From Bdellovibrionales bacterium (GTDB taxonomy: Bacteria > Bdellovibrionota > Bdellovibrionia > Bdellovibrionales > UBA1609): DNA of 50,038 bases. The notes beneath the pieces were generated by a model. The model worked only from the letters and a program-made list of their open reading frames with translations, did not search any database and had not been told where the DNA came from. Location of the stretch: contig JBFWVI010000021.1 in assembly GCA_050246815.1 (NCBI GenBank), forward strand, positions 1-50,038, read 5' to 3'. Position numbers and translations under genes: made by a program. This document shows positions 9,017 through 18,883 of this stretch, piece by piece. Every line of letters begins with the position of its first letter. Within the stretch, counting starts at the first letter, position 1.

Positions 9017-9892
9017 ATGAAGAATTTGGTTTTGGTCGTATTGGGCTTTTTGATCATTGGCTTGGTTGCTAAAAGCGGTTGGGATCGGCTTCGCCATCGA
9101 CAGCAGCAGGAGCTGGTCGAGGGCACCGAAAACCCTGAAACACTTGCGCCCCCAGTGAGCGACATCAAAGATCTGATCGGCCGCCCCGTGGATACTAAAA
9201 ATGGTGAGATTAATCCCCGAGCCACACCCGTGTGCCAACAGTTTTGGCGCTTGGCCTTGGAAAGCACGCTGCGCGAATGGTTTCAAGAGGTGGAAGAGCT
9301 GGGTTGGAATCACCCTGCTGAATGTTTGGCCGAAGAGCCGCAGGTCGCCACAGTTTGGGCGCAGGCGGCTGAACAAGTCTGTAACAAAACGCCGGTGCCC
9401 CCGGCCGATCCTAGCGACATGCCCACGACGTTTAAGAAAAACAGTGATGAGTGCTACACGGCGCTGCTGAATTATCGCACGCAGATGCTGAACGAAATTT
9501 TTCGTAACAAAAGAAACTACGTCGATATGCCGGTGTCGTTGCTGTTGACCAAGCTCTATGCGGTGGCCTTAGACGAAAAAAGCGCAGCGCAAGTGCCAAC
9601 GGTGGAGCTGCTGTCGATGGCTGAGTCATTGACCAAACGTGAGCCCCATGTATTTTCCATACGTAAACTTGTGGCCATGGCGCTTTTTTCGGGTCAACGT
9701 AAAGAATCGGACCCGGCATTGAAAAATGAGCTCAACGTGAAACTCAACGAACACATCAATAGCGCCGACACCATGGAGAGAAGCGACAAAGACTTGCAAC
9801 AGCTACGGTTGTTGATTCAGTCGGATTCGGGTGATGAGGACGCAGCCCAAGAGGTGCCGGCGCCACCCGTGCTGGATATTTTAAGCTGGTAA
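9017..9892 (+). CDS. Hypothetical membrane-anchored periplasmic protein
   Basis: N-terminal TM segment KNLVLVVLGFLIIGLVAK; helical, Cys-containing remainder. Confidence 0.7.
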   Translation: MKNLVLVVLGFLIIGLVAKSGWDRLRHRQQQELVEGTENPETLAPPVSDIKDLIGRPVDTKNGEINPRATPVCQQFWRLALESTLREWFQEVEELGWNHPAECLAEEPQVATVWAQAAEQVCNKTPVPPADPSDMPTTFKKNSDECYTALLNYRTQMLNEIFRNKRNYVDMPVSLLLTKLYAVALDEKSAAQVPTVELLSMAESLTKREPHVFSIRKLVAMALFSGQRKESDPALKNELNVKLNEHINSADTMERSDKDLQQLRLLIQSDSGDEDAAQEVPAPPVLDILSW

Positions 9893-9897
9893 ACTGA

Positions 9898-10767
9898 CTA
9901 GAGCTCAAGGGAATGCAGAAATTCTCGCAAAGCACCTGACAAATTCTTTTTAGCATTCCAAATGGCGCACACTTTGGCTTTGGCGGCCCATCCTTTGGGA
10001 CGAAGGTAGGCCAATGAGTGTTGCCGAACAAAGAGCTCGGGCAAAAGACACCATGAGTCCGTGGTCTGAAGCCGTGCGATCGCGGCTTCGTAAGAGTCAA
10101 ACACAAAGTCCTCTTTGCACTGGATGTTGAATTTTTTCAGTTCCGGATGATTTTCGCATATTTCAATTCCTGCAAAGGCCTTTGGTGCTGCGCAGGGGAA
10201 TCTCGATAAATGGGCGAGCTGTTGAGTCTTTGTCATTTTTGTTAGGGGGTGCGTGTCGCGAAACGAAATGAGCAAATCTTGCTCGCGGATCACCTTTGAT
10301 TTGATCAAGGGGTGGGCCAATGGGTTGAAACAAAGTCCCAAATCCAATTCGCCCGCTTGCGTCTGTTCTACAATTTGCCCGGATCTTTGACTGTAAACTT
10401 CAAGCCTAAGATTAGGATGGCTCTTCTGAAATTGACTCCACGCCGGCACAAAAACATTTTCCAGCAATTTATGTGTGACTCCCACGCGAAGATCGCCCTC
10501 CCAAAGAGCCTCTTCACTTCGTAGGTCGTCTTTTATTTTTTCTATTTGTGCAAGCACCTGGTCGGCATGTTGTTCCAACCTCTTTCCGTGGGCGGTTAAA
10601 GAGATGTGTTTTCCTTGTTTCTGAAATAATTTTTGGCCGAGCTCTTCTTCTAAACATCGAATGCTATGGCTAATGGCGCCGGCGCTAATGTTCAACGACT
10701 TGGACGCCTTTCCGATATGTTGGAAGCGCGCCGTTTCTTGAAAGTGCAACAGTTGATCAATCTTCAT
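9898..10767 (-). CDS. LysR-family transcriptional regulator
   Basis: N-terminal HTH HIGKASKSLNISAGAISHSIRCLEEELGQKLF...LTAHG, followed by a substrate-binding domain. Confidence 0.93.
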   Translation of the reverse strand: MKIDQLLHFQETARFQHIGKASKSLNISAGAISHSIRCLEEELGQKLFQKQGKHISLTAHGKRLEQHADQVLAQIEKIKDDLRSEEALWEGDLRVGVTHKLLENVFVPAWSQFQKSHPNLRLEVYSQRSGQIVEQTQAGELDLGLCFNPLAHPLIKSKVIREQDLLISFRDTHPLTKMTKTQQLAHLSRFPCAAPKAFAGIEICENHPELKKFNIQCKEDFVFDSYEAAIARLQTTDSWCLLPELFVRQHSLAYLRPKGWAAKAKVCAIWNAKKNLSGALREFLHSLEL

Positions 10768-10859
10768 CGAATTAAATTATTGAACGATTTTACTTAATTC
10801 AATTCATTTCTTTTAAATCAAATTCAGGCGTACCATACAAAAACAAGTGGGAGGTCACG

Positions 10860-11255
10860 ATGAAACAGATGTCTATTTTAACTTTTTTAACCGCCGCGTT
10901 AGTTCACAACGTGGGGTTTGCCGAAACAATTCAAAATTGTACAGGGGCCGATTCGTCTAGCAAAATTGAGTTTCAGGTTCGGGATTCATGGGACGAAGCT
11001 GGTAGTCGGTCTACCATTTTGATTCATCAGCCAGCGGTCGGAGAATTTCCGGTCATTTATTCGCAGATGAACACATTGGTTGCGGCGTCCGCCGTCGAAA
11101 AAGATATGCATGGATTTCCGGTTTCGCTTCTGGAGTTGACCTGGAGCGGATTCCCGGAAGTTTCTGGCAGCATCAAAGTTGGCCAGGGGATTCGTCCACG
11201 AAATCATATGGGCAAATACTTGGAATTTAATTTCCAATGCGTGCGCCAGCTTTAG
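10860..11255 (+). CDS. Small hypothetical secreted protein, divergent from LysR
   Basis: Strong SD GGGAGGT; signal peptide; terminal Cys pair. Confidence 0.7.
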   Translation: MKQMSILTFLTAALVHNVGFAETIQNCTGADSSSKIEFQVRDSWDEAGSRSTILIHQPAVGEFPVIYSQMNTLVAASAVEKDMHGFPVSLLELTWSGFPEVSGSIKVGQGIRPRNHMGKYLEFNFQCVRQL

Positions 11256-11902
11256 GCCATCTCGACGAATTCTTTAATGCAGCTTCGGATGCCCTGAAAA
11301 ACCTGATGGGGTTTGGCGTCGTCGTACATGTAAGCGGGCGTGGTCACCAGGCGATGCTCACGGTCGGTGACGTAATCTGTGACCGCGCAGTTTTCGTGTT
11401 GGGCGCCGGTTTTTCTGATTTCGGCCGCTGTCGCGGCATCGTGGCCAATGGTGACCGTGATGCCCTTTTTACCAAGCACACGCGCAATCAGGGCGGGCGC
11501 AATGCAAATGGCGGCGATGGGTTTTTCAGCTTTATAGAAATCCTCGATTACTTTTGCGACTTCAGGCAAGACTTCGCAGTTGGCGCCGTGTTGGGCAAAG
11601 CTGCACAGCACTTTGGCCGCTCCATAACCGCCGGGAAAGACGAGGCCATCAAAATCCGAGGCTTTCAGCTCGCTTAAGTTTTTCACTTGTCCGCGGGCGA
11701 TGCGCGCGGCTTCGGCCATCACTTGGCGCGGGGCTTCGTCTTGATTGGTCAGGTGATTCACTGCTGGCGCATTCATTTTGGGCGCGAACACTTGATAGCC
11801 TGCATTGGCTTCGCTTAAAGAGATCAGGGCGCTGACGGCTTCGGTGATTTCAGAGCCATCTTTGTGGCCGGATCCAGATAACACCACAGCAAAATTTTTC
11901 AT
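11252..11902 (-). CDS. elbB: ElbB/ES1 glyoxalase (DJ-1/PfpI superfamily)
   Basis: AVVLSGSGHKDGSEITE, EAARIARG, PGGYGAAK, ICIAP, TTPAYM; SD GGAGG before ATG 11902. Confidence 0.92.
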   Translation of the reverse strand: MKNFAVVLSGSGHKDGSEITEAVSALISLSEANAGYQVFAPKMNAPAVNHLTNQDEAPRQVMAEAARIARGQVKNLSELKASDFDGLVFPGGYGAAKVLCSFAQHGANCEVLPEVAKVIEDFYKAEKPIAAICIAPALIARVLGKKGITVTIGHDAATAAEIRKTGAQHENCAVTDYVTDREHRLVTTPAYMYDDAKPHQVFQGIRSCIKEFVEMA

Positions 11903-11971
11903 GCAGACCTCCTTCGACTTCATTTCTGTCTTAGGGGGTCTGTCCGCAAAGTTCAATCCCAAAGATGGTGT

Positions 11972-12871
11972 TTAATCCTGCGGTGGTAAGGCATTCGCAA
12001 AAGAAAAATCACGCGTGAACTGACACTGACGTACATAATAGCGGCGGTCCGCCCCGGTCACCATCGAGGCCAGGCAGCGTTCGAAAATATAGCCCATAAA
12101 AGGAGCGTCGCGGCTGATGATGAAATGCCATTTGCGCACGTCGAATTCGGTGTCGCTGTACCAAGAGGCTTCGTCATAATCAATTTGGAAATAACGCATT
12201 TGGCAATTGGCTACGCCGCCACAATTGGGCTTGGCTTGAACGGCCGAGGGCGGGGCCATAATGCCGGAGTCCTCAAATAAATTGTGATAAGTGACTTTTT
12301 TAATCGGCCTTTCGGCCGCGGTTCGGGGGCCGCCCAATTCATTTAACGCAAAAAATTTCATCACTTGGGTCAGTCCGCCATCACTGATGAGGCGGCGCAA
12401 GTTCATGGTGTCAAAGGGACGATCGGAATTGCGCAAGGTCATCGCGGTGGCGCCGTCGCCCAGCTCGTAGTCTGTGTTGGCCTCGGACTTTTCGACTTGG
12501 CCGGTGCTGGCGTCTTTTTCGTGACTTTGAATGGTCAGGGTCAGCTTCTTTTTGTCGGCCGATTCCACGCGTGCCAGAAGTGTTTGGGTCAGTCGTACGA
12601 TTGGACGCACTTGCTCTTCGTTTTCAATGCGGGCATTGAAATCATAGACCACCTGTTGGCCGACCGAGGTCTTCCACGGATCGATGCCGTAAAGTGCCTT
12701 TGAAATCACGCGTTCCAGGTCTTCGTCGCTGGCTTGCGGACCCAGATCCCCTTGTTTGAGTTCGGGGGCTTTGATGCAACTGGCAACCAGTGCCAGAAAA
12801 ATTGGCAAGCCCAGGGCCACAACGGCGTGAAGAATCATCCATGTGCGATTTTGTGGTGCTGTGCTATTCAT
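11972..12871 (-). CDS. Hypothetical lipoprotein
   Basis: Hydrophobic N-terminus ending in lipobox-like LVASC; ATGA overlap with the upstream GNAT stop. Confidence 0.7.
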   Translation of the reverse strand: MNSTAPQNRTWMILHAVVALGLPIFLALVASCIKAPELKQGDLGPQASDEDLERVISKALYGIDPWKTSVGQQVVYDFNARIENEEQVRPIVRLTQTLLARVESADKKKLTLTIQSHEKDASTGQVEKSEANTDYELGDGATAMTLRNSDRPFDTMNLRRLISDGGLTQVMKFFALNELGGPRTAAERPIKKVTYHNLFEDSGIMAPPSAVQAKPNCGGVANCQMRYFQIDYDEASWYSDTEFDVRKWHFIISRDAPFMGYIFERCLASMVTGADRRYYVRQCQFTRDFSFANALPPQD

Positions 12872-13959
12872 ACCGAGTCCCAACCCCAAATCCAAAGCGG
12901 AATGGGAAATAATGTTTCCAGTGCCTGACTTGTTTCAAGATCAAAGCTGTGCAGTTCAGAGGCTTGAGTGGGGCCGAAGATCAGGCGCACCACATCGCTT
13001 GCGCTGTCGGTCTTGTAGACGTTGTCGGCAAAACCGAAATGGGTGACGCCTGACCGTTGTTCAATCACAAAATTTTCAATTCCTAAATTGCGGGCATGGC
13101 GATGTAACTTGGCAAATAATAGATCGGGATTGACGATTTTGATCATGCCCAAAACGCCCTCATGCATGATAGCGCCAGACTCTTGTAGTTGACGAACCAA
13201 ATTGCGCGCGTGGCGGGGCGCAATCACGGTGATGGGGCGCTTTTGCTCGGTGACGATATGATTTAGAAGCGGCAACAGTTTTGACACGGCCCCGCCCCAT
13301 TCGTGAATATGGCCGTTCAGGTCGGCGCCTTTTCCTTCGACCGCGTAAGCCTGAAGCTGTTGGTTGGAGTCCCAGGCCGTGTAGACCCGCATATTGGGAA
13401 TCTGCAGGGATTTTCGCACGTCTTCCAGCGAACGCATGGTGCCGCAAGTGTGTTGAGAATAAATTCTGAGGATTGCTTCGGGCGCAATGCGGTTGGATTC
13501 GGCGAAGCGAAGGTCTTGTGCGGGTGGTGAAAAAGGTTTGTCCAGGCGAAGGCTGACTTCACTGCCGGCCAATTCAAAACCCAGTTTGCGATAAAAATCG
13601 TGCAGGTTCGACCAGAGCACCGCAATGTCGCAGGCGCTGCGTTGAGCGATGTCCAAGGTGCTTTCTAAAACCGCGCGGCTATGGCCCTGGTTGCGGTGGG
13701 CAGGGTCGGTGGCGACGCTGCCGATGCCGGCAATTTTCATCAGGCCCATGGGCGATTTCACAAAAGAGTTTTTCACCACCGCGCCAGAAAGGATGCGGCC
13801 ATTTTCTTTGATCATTCGCACATTGGCTAAATTGGCTGTCGTGAGGGCCAACGGATATTCATCAGCCAGGGACCATTCCTGGGTTTGCCGTAAGTTCGCG
13901 GTCAAAAAATTCAAGACCTCAGGGAATTCTTCTGAGCTCGGTGCGCGCGGTTCCGCCAT
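12868..13959 (-). CDS. GNAT acetyltransferase (Eis-like, tandem GNAT)
   Basis: IGSVATDPAHRNQGHS motif A and FYRKLGF; SD GGAGGT before ATG 13959. Confidence 0.85.
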   Translation of the reverse strand: MAEPRAPSSEEFPEVLNFLTANLRQTQEWSLADEYPLALTTANLANVRMIKENGRILSGAVVKNSFVKSPMGLMKIAGIGSVATDPAHRNQGHSRAVLESTLDIAQRSACDIAVLWSNLHDFYRKLGFELAGSEVSLRLDKPFSPPAQDLRFAESNRIAPEAILRIYSQHTCGTMRSLEDVRKSLQIPNMRVYTAWDSNQQLQAYAVEGKGADLNGHIHEWGGAVSKLLPLLNHIVTEQKRPITVIAPRHARNLVRQLQESGAIMHEGVLGMIKIVNPDLLFAKLHRHARNLGIENFVIEQRSGVTHFGFADNVYKTDSASDVVRLIFGPTQASELHSFDLETSQALETLFPIPLWIWGWDSV

Positions 13960-14095
13960 GAACACCTCCCGCAAATTTAATTTTACGTCGTTGGCCTTGA
14001 TCTCGTCGCCCATCCATATATGGCCCAAGGCCAATTCACGACGGAAGGCCATATCGGCAGTCGACAAAGACACGACTTTGGCCTAAGAGACAGCC

Positions 14096-14746
14096 ATGGC
14101 ACGCGAATCCAAATCGGCAAAAGAGCTGCGCACCAGGCGGGTTTTGAGGCTGCTCAAGCGCCACTACCCCGACGCCCACTGTGCTTTAAATCATCAGACG
14201 CCCGAACAATTGCTGGTCGCCACCGTGTTGAGCGCACAGTGCACGGACGAGCGCGTGAACATGGTGACGCCGGCGCTCTTTGGGCGCTTTCCAGACATGA
14301 AAAGCTTAAGTGCCGCAAAGGTAGAAGACATCGAAGAGCTGATTCGCTCCACCGGCTTTTTTCGCAACAAGGCAAAAAATCTAAAAGGTTTGGCGACTGA
14401 GCTTTGCGAAAAACATCAGGGCCAGGTTCCCGCCGATTTAGATGTGCTGGTCAACTTGCCCGGTGTGGGGCGCAAAACCGCCAATGTGGTTTTGGGGAAT
14501 TCTTTTGGGCTGGCCACCGGGGTGGTGGTGGACACCCACGTGCAAAGATTAAGCACACGTTTAGGTTTGACCACGGCCAAACAGCCGGTGCCCATTGAAC
14601 GCGATTTGATGGCGCTTGTACCCAAAGTCGATTGGGTGCAGTTTTCGCACTGGCTAATCACCCATGGTCGACAGGTGTGCAAAGCCCGCAAACCCATGTG
14701 CGATAAATGTTTCCTTGCGGACGACTGCCCGCAAAATAGGGGATGA
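14096..14746 (+). CDS. nth: Endonuclease III
   Basis: LSAQCTD, LPGVGRKTANVV (HhH), VVDTHV and C-x6-C-x2-C-x5-C 4Fe-4S motif. Confidence 0.97.
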   Translation: MARESKSAKELRTRRVLRLLKRHYPDAHCALNHQTPEQLLVATVLSAQCTDERVNMVTPALFGRFPDMKSLSAAKVEDIEELIRSTGFFRNKAKNLKGLATELCEKHQGQVPADLDVLVNLPGVGRKTANVVLGNSFGLATGVVVDTHVQRLSTRLGLTTAKQPVPIERDLMALVPKVDWVQFSHWLITHGRQVCKARKPMCDKCFLADDCPQNRG

Positions 14747-14779
14747 CAGTTTCTTGCCCTTAAGCCAATATCGACGCCA

Positions 14780-15262
14780 ATGATCTTCGCGTTTTTCGAA
14801 AGCATTAAATACGTCGGCCATTTGTTTCCAGTGGCCATCTTGCGGATTTACATGGGCCAATGGTTCTTGCGTTTGGCTTTTGATAAATACAACGGTGATT
14901 TTTTACTGCAGCCGAAGCTGGCCGCTGCCATCACCGAATTTTTGCCCGGTTCGACAGCGCCAGAGTGGTATCGATCGCTGATGGATGCGGTGGTGGTTCC
15001 CAACTGGCAAATCTTTGCCTACAGTCTAATGTACTTCGAGTTTTTAATTGGTGTGGGTTTAATCGTCGGGTTCTTGTCGCGGCCCTTGGCTCTCTTGGCC
15101 ACAGTGGTGGCGTGGAACTATCTCTACACCAGCCCCACGGAACTTTGGCCGATGTACAAAATGGTCATGGTGGTGGGGTTGGTTTTGGCCTGGCTTGGTG
15201 CAGGTCGGTGCATGGGTTTGGATTATTTTTTCTTTAAACGTCAACGTGGACTGCTTTGGTGA
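14780..15262 (+). CDS. DoxX-family membrane protein
   Basis: LRIYMG, EFLIGVGLIVGFLSR and GAGRCMGLD; four TM segments. Confidence 0.8.
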   Translation: MIFAFFESIKYVGHLFPVAILRIYMGQWFLRLAFDKYNGDFLLQPKLAAAITEFLPGSTAPEWYRSLMDAVVVPNWQIFAYSLMYFEFLIGVGLIVGFLSRPLALLATVVAWNYLYTSPTELWPMYKMVMVVGLVLAWLGAGRCMGLDYFFFKRQRGLLW

Positions 15263-16305
15263 ACCCTCAACGTCTGATGTGGGCCGTCTCTGTTCTTGCC
15301 GTTTTAATCTTCGGCGTTGTTTTTGCGCGCTGGACTTGGTGGGGGCGTGCAATCCCACGTGATCAAATGCTGATTCCGCAGGTTGTGGTTTTGGCCTATG
15401 ACTCTTTCACCACCGCGATCGGCCCAGGCCCGGCTTTAAGCAAAGAGTTTGAAAAAGAATGTAAATGCAAAGTGCAATTGGTGGCGGCTGGTGACTCGGG
15501 CTTGTTGCTTGAAAAACTTCGCATGGCCAAGCCCAATCTACAGGTCGATGTGGTGCTGGGGCTTGACCAATTGTTGCTCGGGTCGGCGCGTGCCGCTCAA
15601 CAGTGGTTGCCACTCAGTGTTGACGAAACTCACCTGGATTCCCAGATCCACCCGTGGCTAACCGTCGACTTTGTGCCGTTTGATTGGGCGCCGCTGACCT
15701 TTATTTATCGCCAAAATGAAATTGTTCCGCCCCAGGACATTCAAGATTTGGCCCATGAACGTTTTGTCCAAAGCGTGGCACTGCAAGATCCGCGCACCAG
15801 TTCGCCGGGGCTGCAATTTTTATTTTCACTGCAGCACTGGCTGGGCGCGGCCCATGTGAATAGTTTTCTGAAGAAATTCAAAAACAGCATTCACTCGGTG
15901 TCACCCTCTTGGTCAACGGCTTATGGGCTTTTTCAAAGGAAGCAGGCCAAGTTGGCATTTTCGTATGTGACCTCGTTGGTCTATCATTGGACCGTAGAAA
16001 AAGATCCAAGCTATCAGGCGGCAAGTTTTGCCAAGGGGCATCCTGTGCAGGTGGAATACGCCGGTGTTCCCAAAGATTGCAAGCAGTGTGAGTTGGGCAA
16101 ACGTTTTGTCGCCCACTTGCTAAAACCGCAGTCGCAGCGCTTAATCATGGAGAAGAACTTTATGCTTCCGGTCGTGAAGAACGTCGCGCATGGCACGGTT
16201 TACGAAGAGTTGCCTAAACTTCGCTTGTTCGAGCGCGAGCCGCTAGGCGAATTCGAAGCGGCCCGGCCTGGCCTACTTGAGTCATGGCAAAAATCATTAC
16301 AATAG
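15259..16305 (+). CDS. thiB: Thiamine ABC transporter substrate-binding protein
   Basis: AYDSF, GPG, DVVLGLD, QDPRTSSPGL, WSTAYGLF, SYVTS and QVEYAG motifs. Confidence 0.9.
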   Translation: MNPQRLMWAVSVLAVLIFGVVFARWTWWGRAIPRDQMLIPQVVVLAYDSFTTAIGPGPALSKEFEKECKCKVQLVAAGDSGLLLEKLRMAKPNLQVDVVLGLDQLLLGSARAAQQWLPLSVDETHLDSQIHPWLTVDFVPFDWAPLTFIYRQNEIVPPQDIQDLAHERFVQSVALQDPRTSSPGLQFLFSLQHWLGAAHVNSFLKKFKNSIHSVSPSWSTAYGLFQRKQAKLAFSYVTSLVYHWTVEKDPSYQAASFAKGHPVQVEYAGVPKDCKQCELGKRFVAHLLKPQSQRLIMEKNFMLPVVKNVAHGTVYEELPKLRLFEREPLGEFEAARPGLLESWQKSLQ

Positions 16306-17765
16306 AAGCGCGTCCCCTGATCCGTTGGATGGTCGTCCTTTTTCTGCTGGCACCGCTTTGGCTGGTGGCTGCGCAGACCGGATGGCCCGCCTTGCCACCA
16401 GCGCCACAATGGCTGGCGGCTTTGTTCACAAGTATTTTACAAAGTTTGCTCAGCACGCTGTTCAGTTTGGCAATTGGTGTTTGGGGCGCTTTTGGGCTCT
16501 GCCTTTTTCGTCGTCCCGTGTGGTGCACTGCTATGGAGCTGCTTGTGCTGCTGCCGGTGTGGTTGCCTACCCTTTTTGTGCTTTTGGGAATTTTGAACTT
16601 CATCACACTGTGGGCGCGCTTTCCATTTGGCCTGCTGGGCGTGGTGCTGGTGCACGTGTGGATCAACGCAGGGCTGGTGGCGGTTGCTTTGGCACGGTTG
16701 ATGCGCGCTCGTTTGGGCGGCCAGATCGAGCTGGCTTGGGTTGAGGGGGCGTCCCGTTGGCAGTTTTTGCGTCGTTGCCTTTGGCCGCAGTTGCGCCGAG
16801 AGTTTTTTTTGCTGGGCGTCGTGGTGTTCAGCTTTTGCCTGACCAGCTTGGCGGTTCCCTTGATTGCCGGCGGTCCACAGGCCACCACATTGGATGTGTA
16901 TGCCTTTCAGCAAGTGCAATTTGGCCAAGGATTGAAGTACGCGGTTGGCATCGCCTGGCTTGAGCTTTTGCTGTTGGCGACACTGGGTCGATTGGCCGCG
17001 CGCCCGTCTTCGGTGCGGCGGCAAGTGGTGGTCAATCTGCGCTTTTTGTCCTCGATCACAGGCTTAACGGTGGTGTTGTCGTTAAGTTTGATTTTACTTG
17101 GCGCAAGTGGTTGGTCTTGGCCGCAGGGTTGGCAGCAGTATCAGAGCATACCCGAGCTGCATGAAGTTTTCGCCCAAACGCTGTGGGGCACCATCGCGAT
17201 CAGCATGGGTACGGGCTTGGCGATTGCGGGTTTAAGCGCGTTGACTCTTTATGCTCTGCCACACTTGGGGTTTCGGCGATGGCTGCTGAGTTTAAGTTCG
17301 CCGTCCACCATGTTGGTGGGGCTTTCGCTGTTTGCCTTAGGCCCCGCGTTGGGAATGGTGGTTTGGCTCAAGCTGATTTTGGGTTTGAGTTTGATTTGTT
17401 TTCCCGCGCTTTATCGTTGGCTGATCGATTCAAGCGCGGAGGCTTTGCAAAATCAAATTCAAGTGGCGCGTACCTTAGGGGCGTCTTGGGGCAAGATCTG
17501 GCGGCAAATCACACTTCCTCAGGTCGCACCAGAAATCGGTTTGGCCGCCGCCTTGGCGGCGTTGTGGGCGGCTGGCGATTTTGCTTTGTCAGGTTTAATC
17601 GCAAGCCAGGATTTGACCCTGGCGATGGTGATCGAAGGATTACTTTCATCTTACCGCCTGGAGCTTGCCACTTGGATGATGGGATGGTTGATGGTGGCGG
17701 GACTGTTGGTGGCTGGTGCGTTCGTGGGAGCGGGTTATGTCTTTGGTCGAAAATTTAAGTCGTGA
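16284..17765 (+). CDS. thiP: Thiamine ABC transporter permease (two TM modules)
   Basis: Two EAA-like loops (AWVEGAS, ARTLGAS); lies between thiB and the ATPase. Confidence 0.85.
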   Translation: MAKIITIEARPLIRWMVVLFLLAPLWLVAAQTGWPALPPAPQWLAALFTSILQSLLSTLFSLAIGVWGAFGLCLFRRPVWCTAMELLVLLPVWLPTLFVLLGILNFITLWARFPFGLLGVVLVHVWINAGLVAVALARLMRARLGGQIELAWVEGASRWQFLRRCLWPQLRREFFLLGVVVFSFCLTSLAVPLIAGGPQATTLDVYAFQQVQFGQGLKYAVGIAWLELLLLATLGRLAARPSSVRRQVVVNLRFLSSITGLTVVLSLSLILLGASGWSWPQGWQQYQSIPELHEVFAQTLWGTIAISMGTGLAIAGLSALTLYALPHLGFRRWLLSLSSPSTMLVGLSLFALGPALGMVVWLKLILGLSLICFPALYRWLIDSSAEALQNQIQVARTLGASWGKIWRQITLPQVAPEIGLAAALAALWAAGDFALSGLIASQDLTLAMVIEGLLSSYRLELATWMMGWLMVAGLLVAGAFVGAGYVFGRKFKS

Positions 17766-18393
17766 TTATGGCGACTTTCAGTTGCAAGTGCCGCGTTGGG
17801 AAATTCCCGACCAAGGCATCACAGCATTGTGGGGGCCTTCAGGTTCGGGCAAGACAACTTTATTTAGGATTTTGTTAGGGCTGGAGCCTTGTGAAGGCTG
17901 GAGTTGGCATTTTAACGGGCAAGACCTTGCTCAGCTTTCCGTGCCTGCACGCCGTTTGGGGGTCGTGTTTCAGGGGTTGGAATTATTTCCACATCTGACC
18001 GCCGCCGAAAATATTCGCTTCGCCGCTCAAGCGCGCCAACGGGATCCGGCCGAAAGTGAGCGGGATCTTCAGGGCTTGGCGCAAGAGCTGCAGATCACCG
18101 CGCTGCTGGATAAAAATGTAACCTTACTTTCCGGCGGCGAGCGCCAGCGCGTGGCTTTGGCCCGAGCCATTATCGGGCAGCCCAGAATGTTGCTGCTGGA
18201 TGAGCCGTTTTCGAGCTTGGACGCGGATTCGCGCACTGAAGCGCGAGCGCTTTTGAAGCGCGTGGTGCAAGCCCATCGGATTTCAGCGCTTTTGATTACC
18301 CACGATCAAGAGGATTTGCGTGTTCTGGCCAACAGTGCAGTCGAGATTCGTGCCGGCCGCATCGTGGGGCAGCGCGACTTAAGTCAATCCTAA
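17737..18393 (+). CDS. thiQ: ABC transporter ATP-binding protein (ThiQ-like)
   Basis: GPSGSGKT, LSGGERQR, LLLDEPF, ITHD; operon context. Confidence 0.8.
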   Translation: MSLVENLSRDYGDFQLQVPRWEIPDQGITALWGPSGSGKTTLFRILLGLEPCEGWSWHFNGQDLAQLSVPARRLGVVFQGLELFPHLTAAENIRFAAQARQRDPAESERDLQGLAQELQITALLDKNVTLLSGGERQRVALARAIIGQPRMLLLDEPFSSLDADSRTEARALLKRVVQAHRISALLITHDQEDLRVLANSAVEIRAGRIVGQRDLSQS

Positions 18394-18457
18394 CAAAAAC
18401 ATTGGTTGTTTTGTTTTCAAAACTTGACGCCCTAGCTGTGGACGATAAAATTCGTAA

Positions 18458-18883
18458 ATGGCACAAGAAAAATTGCAACCCGTGACTTCTTTGCGCGTTG
18501 AAGACGTGATGACCTCCCCCGTTCGCTCGGTGACTCCGAGTATGACTTTGAAAGAAGTTGTGGATATGTACCTGCAACACAACATCAGTGGCGCGCCGAT
18601 TGTCGACCAAAGCGGCAAAGTGATCAGCGTGATCAGCCAAAGCGATTTGATTCAATTTATCGCTGTCGAGGGCATGTCCAAACCGGTCAGCCATTATATG
18701 CCCCGATTGCCCAAACCTGATCAGGTGATCAGTGTGACAAAGACCGATGTGTTCAAAGAGGTCTTTAAGCAATTTTTGGTGAAACCCGTTCGCCGCATCA
18801 TCGTCACCGACAGCAATGGCAAACTTCAGGGGATTGTTTCAAAAAGCAATCTGCTGCGTGCGTTCGTCATGGAAGCCGGCTAA
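18458..18883 (+). CDS. CBS-domain pair protein
   Basis: VEDVMTSPV, ISGAPIVD, GIVSKSNLL. Confidence 0.9.
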   Translation: MAQEKLQPVTSLRVEDVMTSPVRSVTPSMTLKEVVDMYLQHNISGAPIVDQSGKVISVISQSDLIQFIAVEGMSKPVSHYMPRLPKPDQVISVTKTDVFKEVFKQFLVKPVRRIIVTDSNGKLQGIVSKSNLLRAFVMEAG

